Shown: in pieces, positions 1 through 8,954 of the stretch
Numbering within the stretch: the stretch's first letter is position 1
How the letters are laid out: each line of letters begins with the position of its first letter
Source of the DNA: Nitrospirota bacterium
GTDB lineage: Bacteria > Nitrospirota > UBA9217
Direction: 5' to 3'
Assembly (NCBI GenBank): GCA_963737155.1
Contig: CAVTRN010000001.1
Coordinates: 992,001 to 1,056,000 of the forward strand
DNA length: 64,000 nucleotides
Notes under the pieces: model-generated
The model's database searches: none
The model's input: the letters and a program-made list of their open reading frames with translations, nothing else
What the model was told of the DNA's origin: nothing
Translations under genes and position numbers: made by a program

Positions 1-30
1 TGCCCCGCAGCTTGCTGCGGGGTAATTCAC
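1..30 (+). mobile_element. Palindromic end of an IS200/IS605-like element (right-end-like hairpin followed by TAATTCAC), cut by the window edge
   Basis: CCCCGCAGC-TT-GCTGCGGGG hairpin then TAATTCAC; related copy at 29262-29291. Confidence 0.5.
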
Positions 31-783
31 TGTCACCAGCAAAGGTTGCAGAGAACGCCCCTTCGCTAAGAGCTCTACTGTATCGGGGTGGCAAGGATAC
101 TGAGTGCCTCTCCTCCATATATATATCCCGGGAGAGGGAGGGTTCTTCACAGGATCTTGACATAAAAACGCCGCAGATGCCAAGTAAGGCAATAATTGTC
201 GAAGTATCGACCAATAATGCGAAAGGCCGGGGTTTTCAGCAGGGTGGCCGCCACGTCGGATCGACAGCGATGGAACCACGATCATATACGGTGGGGCCCA
301 CGAGCATAACGAGCAGTGGAATGATGGGCAGTTCTATGTCGCCGATCACGGCTAACCGCACTAAAAATTTCCTTCACCTGCTCGATGGAAGGGGAATAAC
401 GGCATGCAACTGCCGGCTGCGATCAGGAGCGGGGCGCGTGGAGTGTTCGGAAAATCGTTCGAGAAGCTTAGCGGAATGTAAATGACGGAGAGACAGTGGT
501 GTTCGGGAGGATAATCACCGAGAGCGAGGAGGAGTCCGAAGCGGTGGTGCCGGTTATTTAAAGTTACCGGTCCCCTGTATGGTTTTTCAAGAAAACAGCA
601 TTGCCCACTGCGAGGATGAACTCAAAATATTTATCATCCCCGAAGATCATTCAGGAATAACGGAAAGGTTCCCCGTCGGTCTTCCGCAAGGCAAACACAT
701 CTTGTCTTTTCGTTCTGCTATCTTGAAAATCCGACTTCGCGTCCGCATGCCGAATCACGAACTGCCCCTTCCCTGTTTCGGTG

Positions 784-812
784 TTGACAGGCTCACGCTA
801 TCGTAGTATAAA
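784..812 (+). promoter_or_regulatory. sigma70-type promoter of the Rieske operon, probably giving a leaderless mRNA
   Basis: TTGACA-17 bp-TATAAA; ATG 5 nt after the -10 box; no Shine-Dalgarno. Confidence 0.65.
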
Positions 813-817
813 ACCTC

Positions 818-1270
818 ATGGAAACAAGCCGTAGGAAATTCATCAAAAAGTCTTTCTACGGCTTGCTTGCGCTCATGGGTCTTGGCTATTTGATACCTGG
901 CGTCAAGGTACTCACTCCGGCAGAGGACTACAAGAAGGAGCTGGTTTACTTCCCGCTTATCTCTGAAGACGACATTCCGCTTGCCGGTGTGAAAAAAGTG
1001 GAGTTGCTCTTCACGGTCTTGGGTAAGGAAAGAAAATCCCGGGTGTTCATCGTATCAAATGCCGGCGGTATCGCGGTGTTCTCTGCCATCTGTTCTCACC
1101 TCGGATGTCTCGTCAATTACTACAAGGACAAGCATGAGTTCATCTGCCCCTGCCACGGAGGAAGATATGATCTGGCGGGCAAAAATATTGCTGGACCGCC
1201 ACCGGCGCCCCTGACTAAGCTCCCGACCCGCAGTCAGGACGGCATGATACTAGTTGGAGTGAAAGTTTAA
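818..1270 (+). CDS. petC: Rieske 2Fe-2S subunit of a Rieske/cytochrome b complex
   Basis: Tat motif SRRKFIK plus TM helix; CSHLGC and CPCHGG boxes; GPPPAPL. Confidence 0.93.
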   Translation: METSRRKFIKKSFYGLLALMGLGYLIPGVKVLTPAEDYKKELVYFPLISEDDIPLAGVKKVELLFTVLGKERKSRVFIVSNAGGIAVFSAICSHLGCLVNYYKDKHEFICPCHGGRYDLAGKNIAGPPPAPLTKLPTRSQDGMILVGVKV

Positions 1271-1291
1271 TCATGACCGATATCCTCACGG

Positions 1292-1663
1292 GTGAGGATG
1301 CGAAATCGCCGGGATAAACCGGTATAGAGTTGGGAGTGAAAGTCCCCTGCATGAGAGGATTATCTAATCCGTGATGGCCCCGAGTCATGCGCGGGCAGTC
1401 GTGAGATTGTACGTGAAGCGTTGACAGAGAAGCGTAGTCCAGCCATTTAGCTCCGAAATCACCTAGACCGGGGGTGCCACTGCGTCATCCATCGGGAACC
1501 ATCATACTACAACATTTAGCGTTTTTTGAAGGATACGCAAAGCAGAAGGCATGAAGGAACTCAAACCATAGGCTTTACGTGGATGACCTAAGGTAAGAGC
1601 CGTGAAAGTAATTCTTCTCGCACGGATCCGTGTGGGGGGCATCTGGGATGTCCCTACCTCGAT
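1292..1663 (+). mobile_element. Internally deleted, ORF-less group II intron remnant
   Basis: Domain I-like blocks GGGAGTGAAAGTCCC, GGCCCCGAGTCATGCG, GTGAAGCGTTGACAG, AGCTCCGAAATC; domain V-like GAGCCGTG...GCACGGATC; domain VI-like GGGGGGC...GTCCCTACCTCGAT. Confidence 0.75.
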
Positions 1664-1687
1664 CTATATGGTAGGTTCGGGGATTTA

Positions 1688-1763
1688 ATGGTAACCATAG
1701 GTATCACCTGCCAAGTTCGGGAGTGCGACTATTCCCGCTGTTTGCAATCATTGTCATCAACCT
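1688..1763 (+). pseudogene. Relic of a c-type (probably multiheme) cytochrome gene
   Basis: SATIPAVCNHCHQP (CxxCH) in frame directly before the cytochrome b ATG, closed upstream by TAG at 1698; GITCQ in another frame. Confidence 0.45.
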
Positions 1764-2408
1764 ATGCGAGTTTTTGATTATCTCAATACACGTCTGGGTT
1801 TCACCACCAGACACCGAAGAGTGATGGATAAACCGGTGCCGGGATGGATTAACTATTTTTACTGCTTCGGCGGAATAACCTTCACGCTGTTTCTTGTGCA
1901 GCTACTAACAGGACTGCTTCTCTCCGTGAATTACACGCCATCTGAAGCGGAGGCATACCATAGCATTCAGCGCCTGCAGCAGACCGTGCCGCTGGGACAG
2001 CTGCTTCGTGCGACCCATTACTGGGCCGCGAACTTCATGGTAATGATGATCCTGCTCCATATGCTCAGGGTTTTCCTTACCGGATCTTACAAAAACCCGC
2101 GGGAACTGAACTGGGTCGCCGGCACTCTGCTGTTTGTCTTGACCCTCGCTTTCGGGTTTACCGGCTACCTTCTACCTTGGGACCAGAAGGCATATTGGGC
2201 CACCGTCATCGGAACGAATATGCTTGCCTCAGTGCCGTTCATCGGGCCTCCTCTCGCCGCATTCGTCCGGGGAGGCACTGACGTTTCGGGTCAGACACTT
2301 CTCCGGTTTTACAGCATGCACATCCTGTGGTTCCCACTTTTTACTGGGCTTTTCCTTTGGGTGCACTTCCATATATTAAGAAGGATCGGGATTTCTGGGC
2401 GGTTGTAG
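1764..2408 (+). CDS. petB: Cytochrome b6-like N-terminal subunit
   Basis: Four heme-ligand His, 14-residue spacing of the last pair, heme ci Cys in YCFGG, GYLLPWDQ. Confidence 0.93.
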   Translation: MRVFDYLNTRLGFTTRHRRVMDKPVPGWINYFYCFGGITFTLFLVQLLTGLLLSVNYTPSEAEAYHSIQRLQQTVPLGQLLRATHYWAANFMVMMILLHMLRVFLTGSYKNPRELNWVAGTLLFVLTLAFGFTGYLLPWDQKAYWATVIGTNMLASVPFIGPPLAAFVRGGTDVSGQTLLRFYSMHILWFPLFTGLFLWVHFHILRRIGISGRL

Positions 2409-2483
2409 GGATGATAGATAAAAGACACTAAGCATGCGAACGCTTTATTGTTCGTGTGGCGAACGATTATTTGGAACCAAAAT

Positions 2484-2867
2484 ATGCCCACACATCAGGA
2501 AAACAAATTTTTCCCCTACTATTTGTTTGAAATTTTTCTCGTGGCGCTGTTTACCGGCGAGGTCGTCCTGATCTTTGCGGTCTTGTTCCCTCCGAGTGTC
2601 GGTAGGGAGATAGATCTCATGGCGCAGTATAGCCCGCGCCCCGAATGGTATTTTCTCTTCCTGTATCAACTGACGAAATATTTCCCCGGCAGATGGACTT
2701 TTGTTGGCGCGGTACTGCTTCCTGGATTTGCCTTCAGTGTTCTGCTTCTTGCTCCGTTTCTGGATAGCGGGTCGGAAACAACGCTCAAAAGGCGAAAAGC
2801 TACATTAGCTGTTGGCTTCACCATCCTGGGTGCGGTTATTCTTCTTACGATTCTGGCACTGCTATAA
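2484..2867 (+). CDS. petD: Cytochrome b6f subunit IV-like (C-terminal half of split cytochrome b)
   Basis: PEWY Qo-site motif, three TM helices, PFLD. Confidence 0.9.
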   Translation: MPTHQENKFFPYYLFEIFLVALFTGEVVLIFAVLFPPSVGREIDLMAQYSPRPEWYFLFLYQLTKYFPGRWTFVGAVLLPGFAFSVLLLAPFLDSGSETTLKRRKATLAVGFTILGAVILLTILALL

Positions 2868-3172
2868 GGAAATTCATGTTGGCTATAATATAAGCAAATA
2901 CATTATTGCGTTGTTTCTAATGTGTGAAATGACGAAAACGAGTATTGACAGGATACGGCGTTTTTGATAAGTTATCATTCTGTCTTATGGAAAGCACTCG
3001 GACCCATGATTGCATTCGTTTCATCAAGAGTGAAACGGTAGCAGAGGGGGTGATGTTCCGGATCAAAACACATAAAAAATGATTTAAGAAATCTTTTGTC
3101 TCCAGCATGTTTGTTAACGAGCTGCTTACCATGAGCGGCCCGAAATCATGAACTACCTTAAGGAGGAATACC

Positions 3173-3421
3173 ATGTCAGTCAAAACCGCCTCACCAGATC
3201 AAACTTTGGATACTCTTGGGAGGGTGTGTCCCTATCCGCTGCTCCTCACCAAGAAGGCGCTCGAGAAACTCGGAAGCGGTCAGACGCTTAAGGTTTTGTG
3301 CGACGCACCTGCATCGGCCGAGGACAGCATTCCGCGTTATGCGGAAAAGCAGGGATATGGCTTCGAGGCAGTAAAGCTCGATGATAAGGGATACTGGGAG
3401 CTCTTCATCAAGAAGTCGTAA
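3173..3421 (+). CDS. tusA: Sulfurtransferase TusA family
   Basis: LDTLGRVCPYP motif, 82 aa, strong RBS AGGAGG. Confidence 0.92.
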   Translation: MSVKTASPDQTLDTLGRVCPYPLLLTKKALEKLGSGQTLKVLCDAPASAEDSIPRYAEKQGYGFEAVKLDDKGYWELFIKKS

Positions 3422-3503
3422 AGAAGTGGGAATTCCGGGGCGGAGACTGCGAGCCTCGATGTCGAGGGAACAGAAGGAGTAAAAATCCAAGGAGGGGGGA
3501 ATA

Positions 3504-4610
3504 ATGGTTTCTACATTGGCATTTGTCGTGAGCGGTCTGTTCGTTGGCGCAGCATTCGGTTTCGTTTTGCAGCGTGGCCGCTTCTGTGTCAATTCTGCGT
3601 TCCGGGAAGTTCTCTTCGAGGACTACACCATGTTCCGGGCCTACCTTCTCGCCGTCGTGGTTACCATGATTGGCGCGAACTTGCTTGAGGACATGCACTG
3701 GCTTGGCCATTTTCAAGACGGAGCCTTCGTCACCGGTACTCTCTACCGGCAGGCCTTTGCACCCTGGGCCAATATAATCGGAGGCTATATCTTTGGTATG
3801 GGCATTGTTCTCGCCGGCGGGTGCGGAAGCGGTATTCTGTACCGCGTGGGTGAAGGAAACCTGGCGTACGTCTTCGCCGTATTCGGGTTTTTCTTCGGCA
3901 TTGCGATGACCAAATTCGGCTTCCTGAAATCGATTTACAATTGGACGATCGCACCTGAACGTATTGTTTGGACGGGTGGGGATACGGTCCCGACCCTGTA
4001 TAATATTACTGGCATCAATAAGTGGATCGTCATTGCCGTGATTTCCGCAGTGTTCCTGGTGGCAACATTCAAGGGCAGCAAACCCTTCGTCAAGGCGAAG
4101 AAGGGATATTCATGGTCTCTAGCCGGACTCCTAGCCGGTCTGATAGCCGTATTAGCGTGGTGGGCGTCGGAGTATTACGGTGGTAAGGCCCGCGGCCTCT
4201 CATTCACCGGGCCGCTCAGGGAGTTCTTCCTGGCTGTGTTTTTCGGGGACTATCAGAACAATCCGACTGCCGTTAACCCGATAGAATCCCGGAATATCCT
4301 CGGCATGATTTTTTCGTGGAGCTCGCTTTACGTGCTGGCCGTGCCCCTCGGGGCGTTCATCAGCGGTAAACTCCTGAAAGAGGTGAAGTTGAAGGTACCA
4401 CCGGCGGACGAGCTCTTCAAGGTGCTTCTGGGCGGGTTTATCATGGGGGTTGGCGCGCAGATGGGCGGAGGCTGCAATATTGGTCACAGCCTGACAGGCG
4501 TGTCCACCCTTGCCGTATCGAGCTGGGTTGCCACCATCTTCATCATCTTAGGAAACTGGACCATGGTCTATTTCATTCTCATCAGGCCGATGAGAGATCT
4601 GGACGTATAA
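3504..4610 (+). CDS. yeeE: YeeE/YedE-family sulfur-compound (thiosulfate-type) transporter
   Basis: LQRGRFC, LAGGCGSG and GGGCNIGH motifs; many TM helices. Confidence 0.9.
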   Translation: MVSTLAFVVSGLFVGAAFGFVLQRGRFCVNSAFREVLFEDYTMFRAYLLAVVVTMIGANLLEDMHWLGHFQDGAFVTGTLYRQAFAPWANIIGGYIFGMGIVLAGGCGSGILYRVGEGNLAYVFAVFGFFFGIAMTKFGFLKSIYNWTIAPERIVWTGGDTVPTLYNITGINKWIVIAVISAVFLVATFKGSKPFVKAKKGYSWSLAGLLAGLIAVLAWWASEYYGGKARGLSFTGPLREFFLAVFFGDYQNNPTAVNPIESRNILGMIFSWSSLYVLAVPLGAFISGKLLKEVKLKVPPADELFKVLLGGFIMGVGAQMGGGCNIGHSLTGVSTLAVSSWVATIFIILGNWTMVYFILIRPMRDLDV

Positions 4611-4625
4611 ACGCTACTTCATCAG

Positions 4626-4655
4626 ACCGGGTGGGATTTCCTGCCCGGTTTTTTT
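4626..4655 (+). terminator. Rho-independent terminator after yeeE
   Basis: ACCGGGTGGGA/TCCTGCCCGGT stem followed by a T run. Confidence 0.75.
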
Positions 4656-4768
4656 GCCCCCAGAATAAAAATAAAACACTTGTTATAATATTGAGAACGA
4701 TGTATATTGATCTGTCTGTTTCCGGCGGGACAGCGCTATATGCTTATTATGACGAAGGGAGCTAAAAT

Positions 4769-5074
4769 ATGGCAATTGAAATGCTGGGCATCATGATAAC
4801 GAGGCACGAGAATCTTGGCCATATCACCGGTATCGTGAAGGCAGCGCGCGCGGCGGGCAAGTCCGTCATGATCTTCATGACTGATGAAGGCGTGCGCTTC
4901 ACGAAAGACGCCAAATTTCTCGATCTGCTGAAGATGGACGGTGTCGAAATATCCTGTTGCGAACACAGCTGTGAGCAAATCGGGTTGCATGAAAAAACCG
5001 ACAGCATGTCGTACGGCAGCCAGTACAATAACGCGGGCATGCTGCATGACAGCAGCCGCATTCTGGTGTTTTAA
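4769..5074 (+). CDS. DsrE/TusD-like sulfur relay protein
   Basis: IFMTDEGV motif, conserved Cys in ISCCEHS, 101 aa. Confidence 0.8.
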   Translation: MAIEMLGIMITRHENLGHITGIVKAARAAGKSVMIFMTDEGVRFTKDAKFLDLLKMDGVEISCCEHSCEQIGLHEKTDSMSYGSQYNNAGMLHDSSRILVF

Positions 5075-5101
5075 CAATCAGAACACAAGGAGAAACATTC
5101 C

Positions 5102-5380
5102 ATGGGAGATACAAAAAAAATTGCAGTCATTGTGAGGGAGCGGCAAGGCGAAGCGTTACGTGTTGCGGGCGGCCTTACGCTGGCCGATGACACGATAGAT
5201 GTCTTTATCCTTGACCGCAAACTTGAAACGCAAACCCCCGAAGTTGCACAGCCGCTTGAACTGGTCAACGAGTTGGATCTGAAAGTTTATTCCAATAATT
5301 CGGAAAATGGCTGTACGACAATCACGCTTGAGGGAATGGCAAATAAACTCCTGGAGTATGATTTCGTAGTGCCCTACTAA
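5102..5380 (+). CDS. DsrF/TusC-like protein
   Basis: KKIAVIVR...EALRVAGGL...LLEYDFVVPY pattern; follows the DsrE-like gene. Confidence 0.65.
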   Translation: MGDTKKIAVIVRERQGEALRVAGGLTLADDTIDVFILDRKLETQTPEVAQPLELVNELDLKVYSNNSENGCTTITLEGMANKLLEYDFVVPY

Positions 5381-5399
5381 GAGACGGAAGGAGAGCGCC

Positions 5400-5570
5400 G
5401 TGAAAATTTTGCACATCCTAAAAAAAATGCCGGATGCCAGCACAAAGAAGATCATTGAGCTTCAAGCATCGGGCAACCAGGTAACAACGATAGAGCTCTA
5501 TAAGGGTGGCATATCCTACGACAAACTTGTAGCCGATGTGTTCGCACATGATAAGGTTTTCTGCTGGTAA
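5400..5570 (+). CDS. Small DsrH/TusB-like protein (56 aa, absent from the ORF track)
   Basis: RBS AAGGAG, GTG start, MKILHIL...ISYDKLVADVFAHDKVFCW matches the DsrH N- and C-terminal pattern. Confidence 0.7.
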   Translation: MKILHILKKMPDASTKKIIELQASGNQVTTIELYKGGISYDKLVADVFAHDKVFCW

Positions 5571-6297
5571 GGGATATCTATTTTGCAGTCCTGGGAGGGG
5601 ATTGCGATAGGGATTGATGTGCGGGGGAAAAAGAACGCCGTCCTACTGCTTTACGCGGCTAAAATATGACGATGCTTTCCTTTTGAAAAAGCGCAATTCA
5701 AGGGAACTGCATGTCTTCCGTTGAGCTTAATGCGAACGTATTATAGAGATATGACGCTGCAAAATGGCGCGTCTTGTATCTCATGTCGAGACAACGAGGA
5801 TCTGGTCCGGATTTATTTCACCGAGTGCAGCATCGCCCGCCAACCGTCATATATAAGGACATTTCACAACATTCTTGACTATGGCAATTTCGAAAAAGCA
5901 ATCTACGTCGATGTAATCAGAGCACGTGCAAAATCTCAAAATATTTCGGGCGTAGATGCAAGTATGGGTGCTATCAGAAAAAGCGTCAGGCATATGCAGA
6001 TCTTTTAACAGGAATACTGGCTTCAGGAGTTATCGGCAAATACTTAAGTACGTATTGCTCTTTAAGAGGAATTTTCAGGGTGGAGTGCAGAACAGGAAAA
6101 GGACCTATGGTCATTCTCTAAAATAGGGCACCCTTCAGCAGGTGTTGGCAAATGAGCCGGGCTCATCAAAGGAACAAGGGGCACAGCAGTCAGGCGGAGA
6201 GCAAGAATTAACTTGCGGTCTGTACCTACAACCGTGGAGAATCTTCTATACCAACCTGCAATGATTCGCGCAGAAAACTTGCCTTGAAAACTTAGAT

Positions 6298-6936
6298 TTA
6301 AAATTCAAACAGTAATCCCCCCAAATATGTCGTGCCGCCGAGATTGGTGGATGCCACCACTGCATGGATGTACTCTGCCTCGACAAAGAGATAGGTGTGG
6401 AATATGCCGGAATCCATGTACATGTCGTTTGCCGACTGGGGATCAAGGGCGTCCAGGAGAAACTGAAGACCTCCCCGAGCATGATATCCGTTGGCAGCAC
6501 CCTTGACCGAGCCCTGGTCCTCGACTTTTTCCCGGTAGAACATTTTTGTGTAACCGCCTCCCACATAGGGGACGATCCATTGCTGCTCGTTCACGACGCC
6601 GCGGAACAGGATGAAGACATTGGCGGGATAGAGGTCATATGTCACAGATCCTGCCGCTATATTATGCATCGGCGCCAATGCCTGGCCATGACTTGAGAGA
6701 TAACCGCCTTCCACGCCTATCTCGACCTGCCTGATGATCTTGTATGCCAAAGACATCGAGTATTCATCTATATCCCGTTTGCTGTAGTACTGTGAAAAGT
6801 TCGGCAGGGCCGGCGTAAAAACTCCGCCCTTCATCTCGAATGACCAGTAGGGACGAGCCTGATCCGAATCCGAGTCTTCGGCATGTGCAAGGGCCGGCAT
6901 GACGACAAGGAGCAGCAACAGAATAAGCTTTTTCAA
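6298..6936 (-). CDS. Outer-membrane beta-barrel, MXAN_2562-like
   Basis: Signal peptide (AHA), amphipathic strands, C-terminal GLLFEF; TTG start overlaps the upstream TGA. Confidence 0.7.
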   Translation of the reverse strand: MKKLILLLLLVVMPALAHAEDSDSDQARPYWSFEMKGGVFTPALPNFSQYYSKRDIDEYSMSLAYKIIRQVEIGVEGGYLSSHGQALAPMHNIAAGSVTYDLYPANVFILFRGVVNEQQWIVPYVGGGYTKMFYREKVEDQGSVKGAANGYHARGGLQFLLDALDPQSANDMYMDSGIFHTYLFVEAEYIHAVVASTNLGGTTYLGGLLFEF

Positions 6937-8780
6937 CGGAGGCCTCCCGATCGCGATAGTCGTCGCCGATGGAATGCGTAGAGGATGAAGCACAGCATGA
7001 GCATCATCAATGCGATCTTAAGCGCCTGCGAGGTCTGCGTCATGAAGAGCGCCATGCCGATTACCGGCAGAAGCGCGGCTCGTACCAGCGGCTTGTACTG
7101 CGGGTTTTCATTAAGCCAGGCAGCAGCGGCAGGACTGTGAGTGTAATACCAGTCGACGAATACATTTCCAAGCGTGTTGGTTTGCAAGAACCGGTCTCGG
7201 AAATTTCGCAAAACCTGCACCTGGGGGGCGGAATAAAACCCGTAGGCGGCCGTGGCTATGAAACATCCCTGGCTTGAGTTCGGAAGGTCCGGATAGGGAA
7301 CCAGAGCCTCGGGAAAATTCGATAACATGTTCGACGGAGCGCTCTCCATAGTAGCTCCGCTTCCGGCGGTAACTTCCGATGAGTAGTCGCTTTCGTAGGA
7401 AACGCCGGGAGAATCAGAAGACGTGCTCGTATTGTCGATTGCCGTGACGGCAATATAGTTAAGTGCCTGGGATACGGCGGTTACGTAAATATGATATGTC
7501 TGGTCATTCACGAGCCCTGTGAGCGTGTAGCTGGTGACATTACCGACCGAGATGGAGGCAGTTGGCGTTGATGTCAGTCCATAGTATACGTTGTATCCTG
7601 TGGCTCCGGAAGCGGCGGTCCAGTTAAGGATGAGAGCTCCATTCACGGGAGCTGTGGAAAGCAGCGTCGGTGTCGACGGGGTGACGGCTGTAGCCAGACC
7701 GTCCAAGGTGAATGTTGTTGCGGCAGTGCCTGTCGTCAATGTTATGGGAGAAGGGCCTTCGGTTGCTTCTGTTCCGTCGTATACCCCCGGAGAGCTTCCA
7801 TAATAAACCCGGTAGCCTACGACCGTATAAGCATTATTCGCGTTCCAGCTCAGGTTGATCGTCGTTCCTGAGGTCACCGCGCTAACACCCTGTACTGAGA
7901 ATGGAATTGTATCCGCGTTTGGGCCGCCGTAGACCCCCATGTCCGCAGGTGTGTTGTTGACAGAATTCAACCCTACCGACGTATTTCCTGTGCCAATGCA
8001 AGGGGACCCTGCTTCCAAATGAAAGTCTCTTTGCATCACGTTGGCTGGTGAGATATTGACAAAGGTGGGGTCCTCGTCCTCAAGATTTCCCTCATAAACC
8101 GTAGTATCGGCGGGATCGAATGAGATTGTCGTAGGGCCGATACTGTTGCAGTCAAAAAAAAGGTCATTTAAAATGTACGTTATGTCTGTACCCGCGCTGA
8201 TGGCAGTATTAAGCTGTGATGAAAATATATTATTTTTGATATTCTCCAGCGGTTGATCAGTGACGATGCCATACTTGGTTTGGTAGAAAGTATTATTACT
8301 TATGATTGCATTTGGTGATGAACTTAACTGGAGTGCCGTATTGCTGGGCCCTACATCAAATATGTCGTTGGTTATTGTAACCGACGGAGAGTTTTGCACT
8401 AGCATACCTGTTGCAGCATTCACAAAAGAAAGTCTTTGAATGGAAATGCTGCCCGCAACGTTGATGGTTAGGGCTGCACCCGACCCGCCGCCGGAGATAA
8501 ACGTTGTTGCCGTTTCATTGCCGTAAATTGACGTTATGTTTTGAGTTATCGAGAAATTTCCAGTATACGTGCCAGGATAGAGCTGGATGGCATCGCCTGA
8601 CAAAGCGGCGTTTATGGCATTGGTTAAATTTGTATAGCAGGGATAATTGACCGTGTCTGATGGGCACTGAGCGGTATTTGTCACAGCAACACGTGTGACG
8701 GCGGCAACAGGTTTTGGCGCGATTGCAACAAAAAATACGAGGACTAAAGTGAGGAAGAACGCAGCATGTTTTCCCGGCAT
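6933..8780 (-). CDS. Secreted beta-helix + FN3 protein with CFI-box-CTERM sorting domain
   Basis: Signal peptide, parallel beta-helix repeats, FN3 motifs (LSWN..GYRVYYG; LNWT..GYNVYYG), GCFIATAAYG...LRNFRD, TM helix and RRR tail. Confidence 0.85.
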   Translation of the reverse strand: MPGKHAAFFLTLVLVFFVAIAPKPVAAVTRVAVTNTAQCPSDTVNYPCYTNLTNAINAALSGDAIQLYPGTYTGNFSITQNITSIYGNETATTFISGGGSGAALTINVAGSISIQRLSFVNAATGMLVQNSPSVTITNDIFDVGPSNTALQLSSSPNAIISNNTFYQTKYGIVTDQPLENIKNNIFSSQLNTAISAGTDITYILNDLFFDCNSIGPTTISFDPADTTVYEGNLEDEDPTFVNISPANVMQRDFHLEAGSPCIGTGNTSVGLNSVNNTPADMGVYGGPNADTIPFSVQGVSAVTSGTTINLSWNANNAYTVVGYRVYYGSSPGVYDGTEATEGPSPITLTTGTAATTFTLDGLATAVTPSTPTLLSTAPVNGALILNWTAASGATGYNVYYGLTSTPTASISVGNVTSYTLTGLVNDQTYHIYVTAVSQALNYIAVTAIDNTSTSSDSPGVSYESDYSSEVTAGSGATMESAPSNMLSNFPEALVPYPDLPNSSQGCFIATAAYGFYSAPQVQVLRNFRDRFLQTNTLGNVFVDWYYTHSPAAAAWLNENPQYKPLVRAALLPVIGMALFMTQTSQALKIALMMLMLCFILYAFHRRRLSRSGGLR

Positions 8781-8895
8781 ATTGAAGCCTCCGTGGGCAA
8801 TGTTGAAAATACCTCAATATGACGTCAATGTCAAATGAAAAGGTTGAAAACGCTCTACCCTTTGCATACCGGATCGACATCGTATTCTCGTTATC

Positions 8896-8924
8896 TTGAC
8901 AACGAGCCCGACGGGACATACACT
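8896..8924 (+). promoter_or_regulatory. sigma70-type promoter of the lonC-like gene
   Basis: TTGACA-17 bp-TACACT. Confidence 0.6.
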
Positions 8925-8954
8925 CTAATTAGGCAAGAGGTGAAGGAGGATTGC

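Noticed and set aside
12-806. Track ORFs 12-485 and 579-806
   Set aside because: No RBS or family motifs. A FYVADHG/NRTK fragment near 330-370 hints at an NHL-repeat relic but is too short to call.
1700-1740. tRNA-Gly-like words (CTGCCAAG, reverse GCGGGAATAG) and a GTGCGACTAT at 1723
   Set aside because: No cloverleaf can be folded, and no intron domains follow the 10-mer.
5721-6008. 95-aa ORF after the dsrH-like gene
   Set aside because: Weak start and no recognisable motif; possibly a relic.
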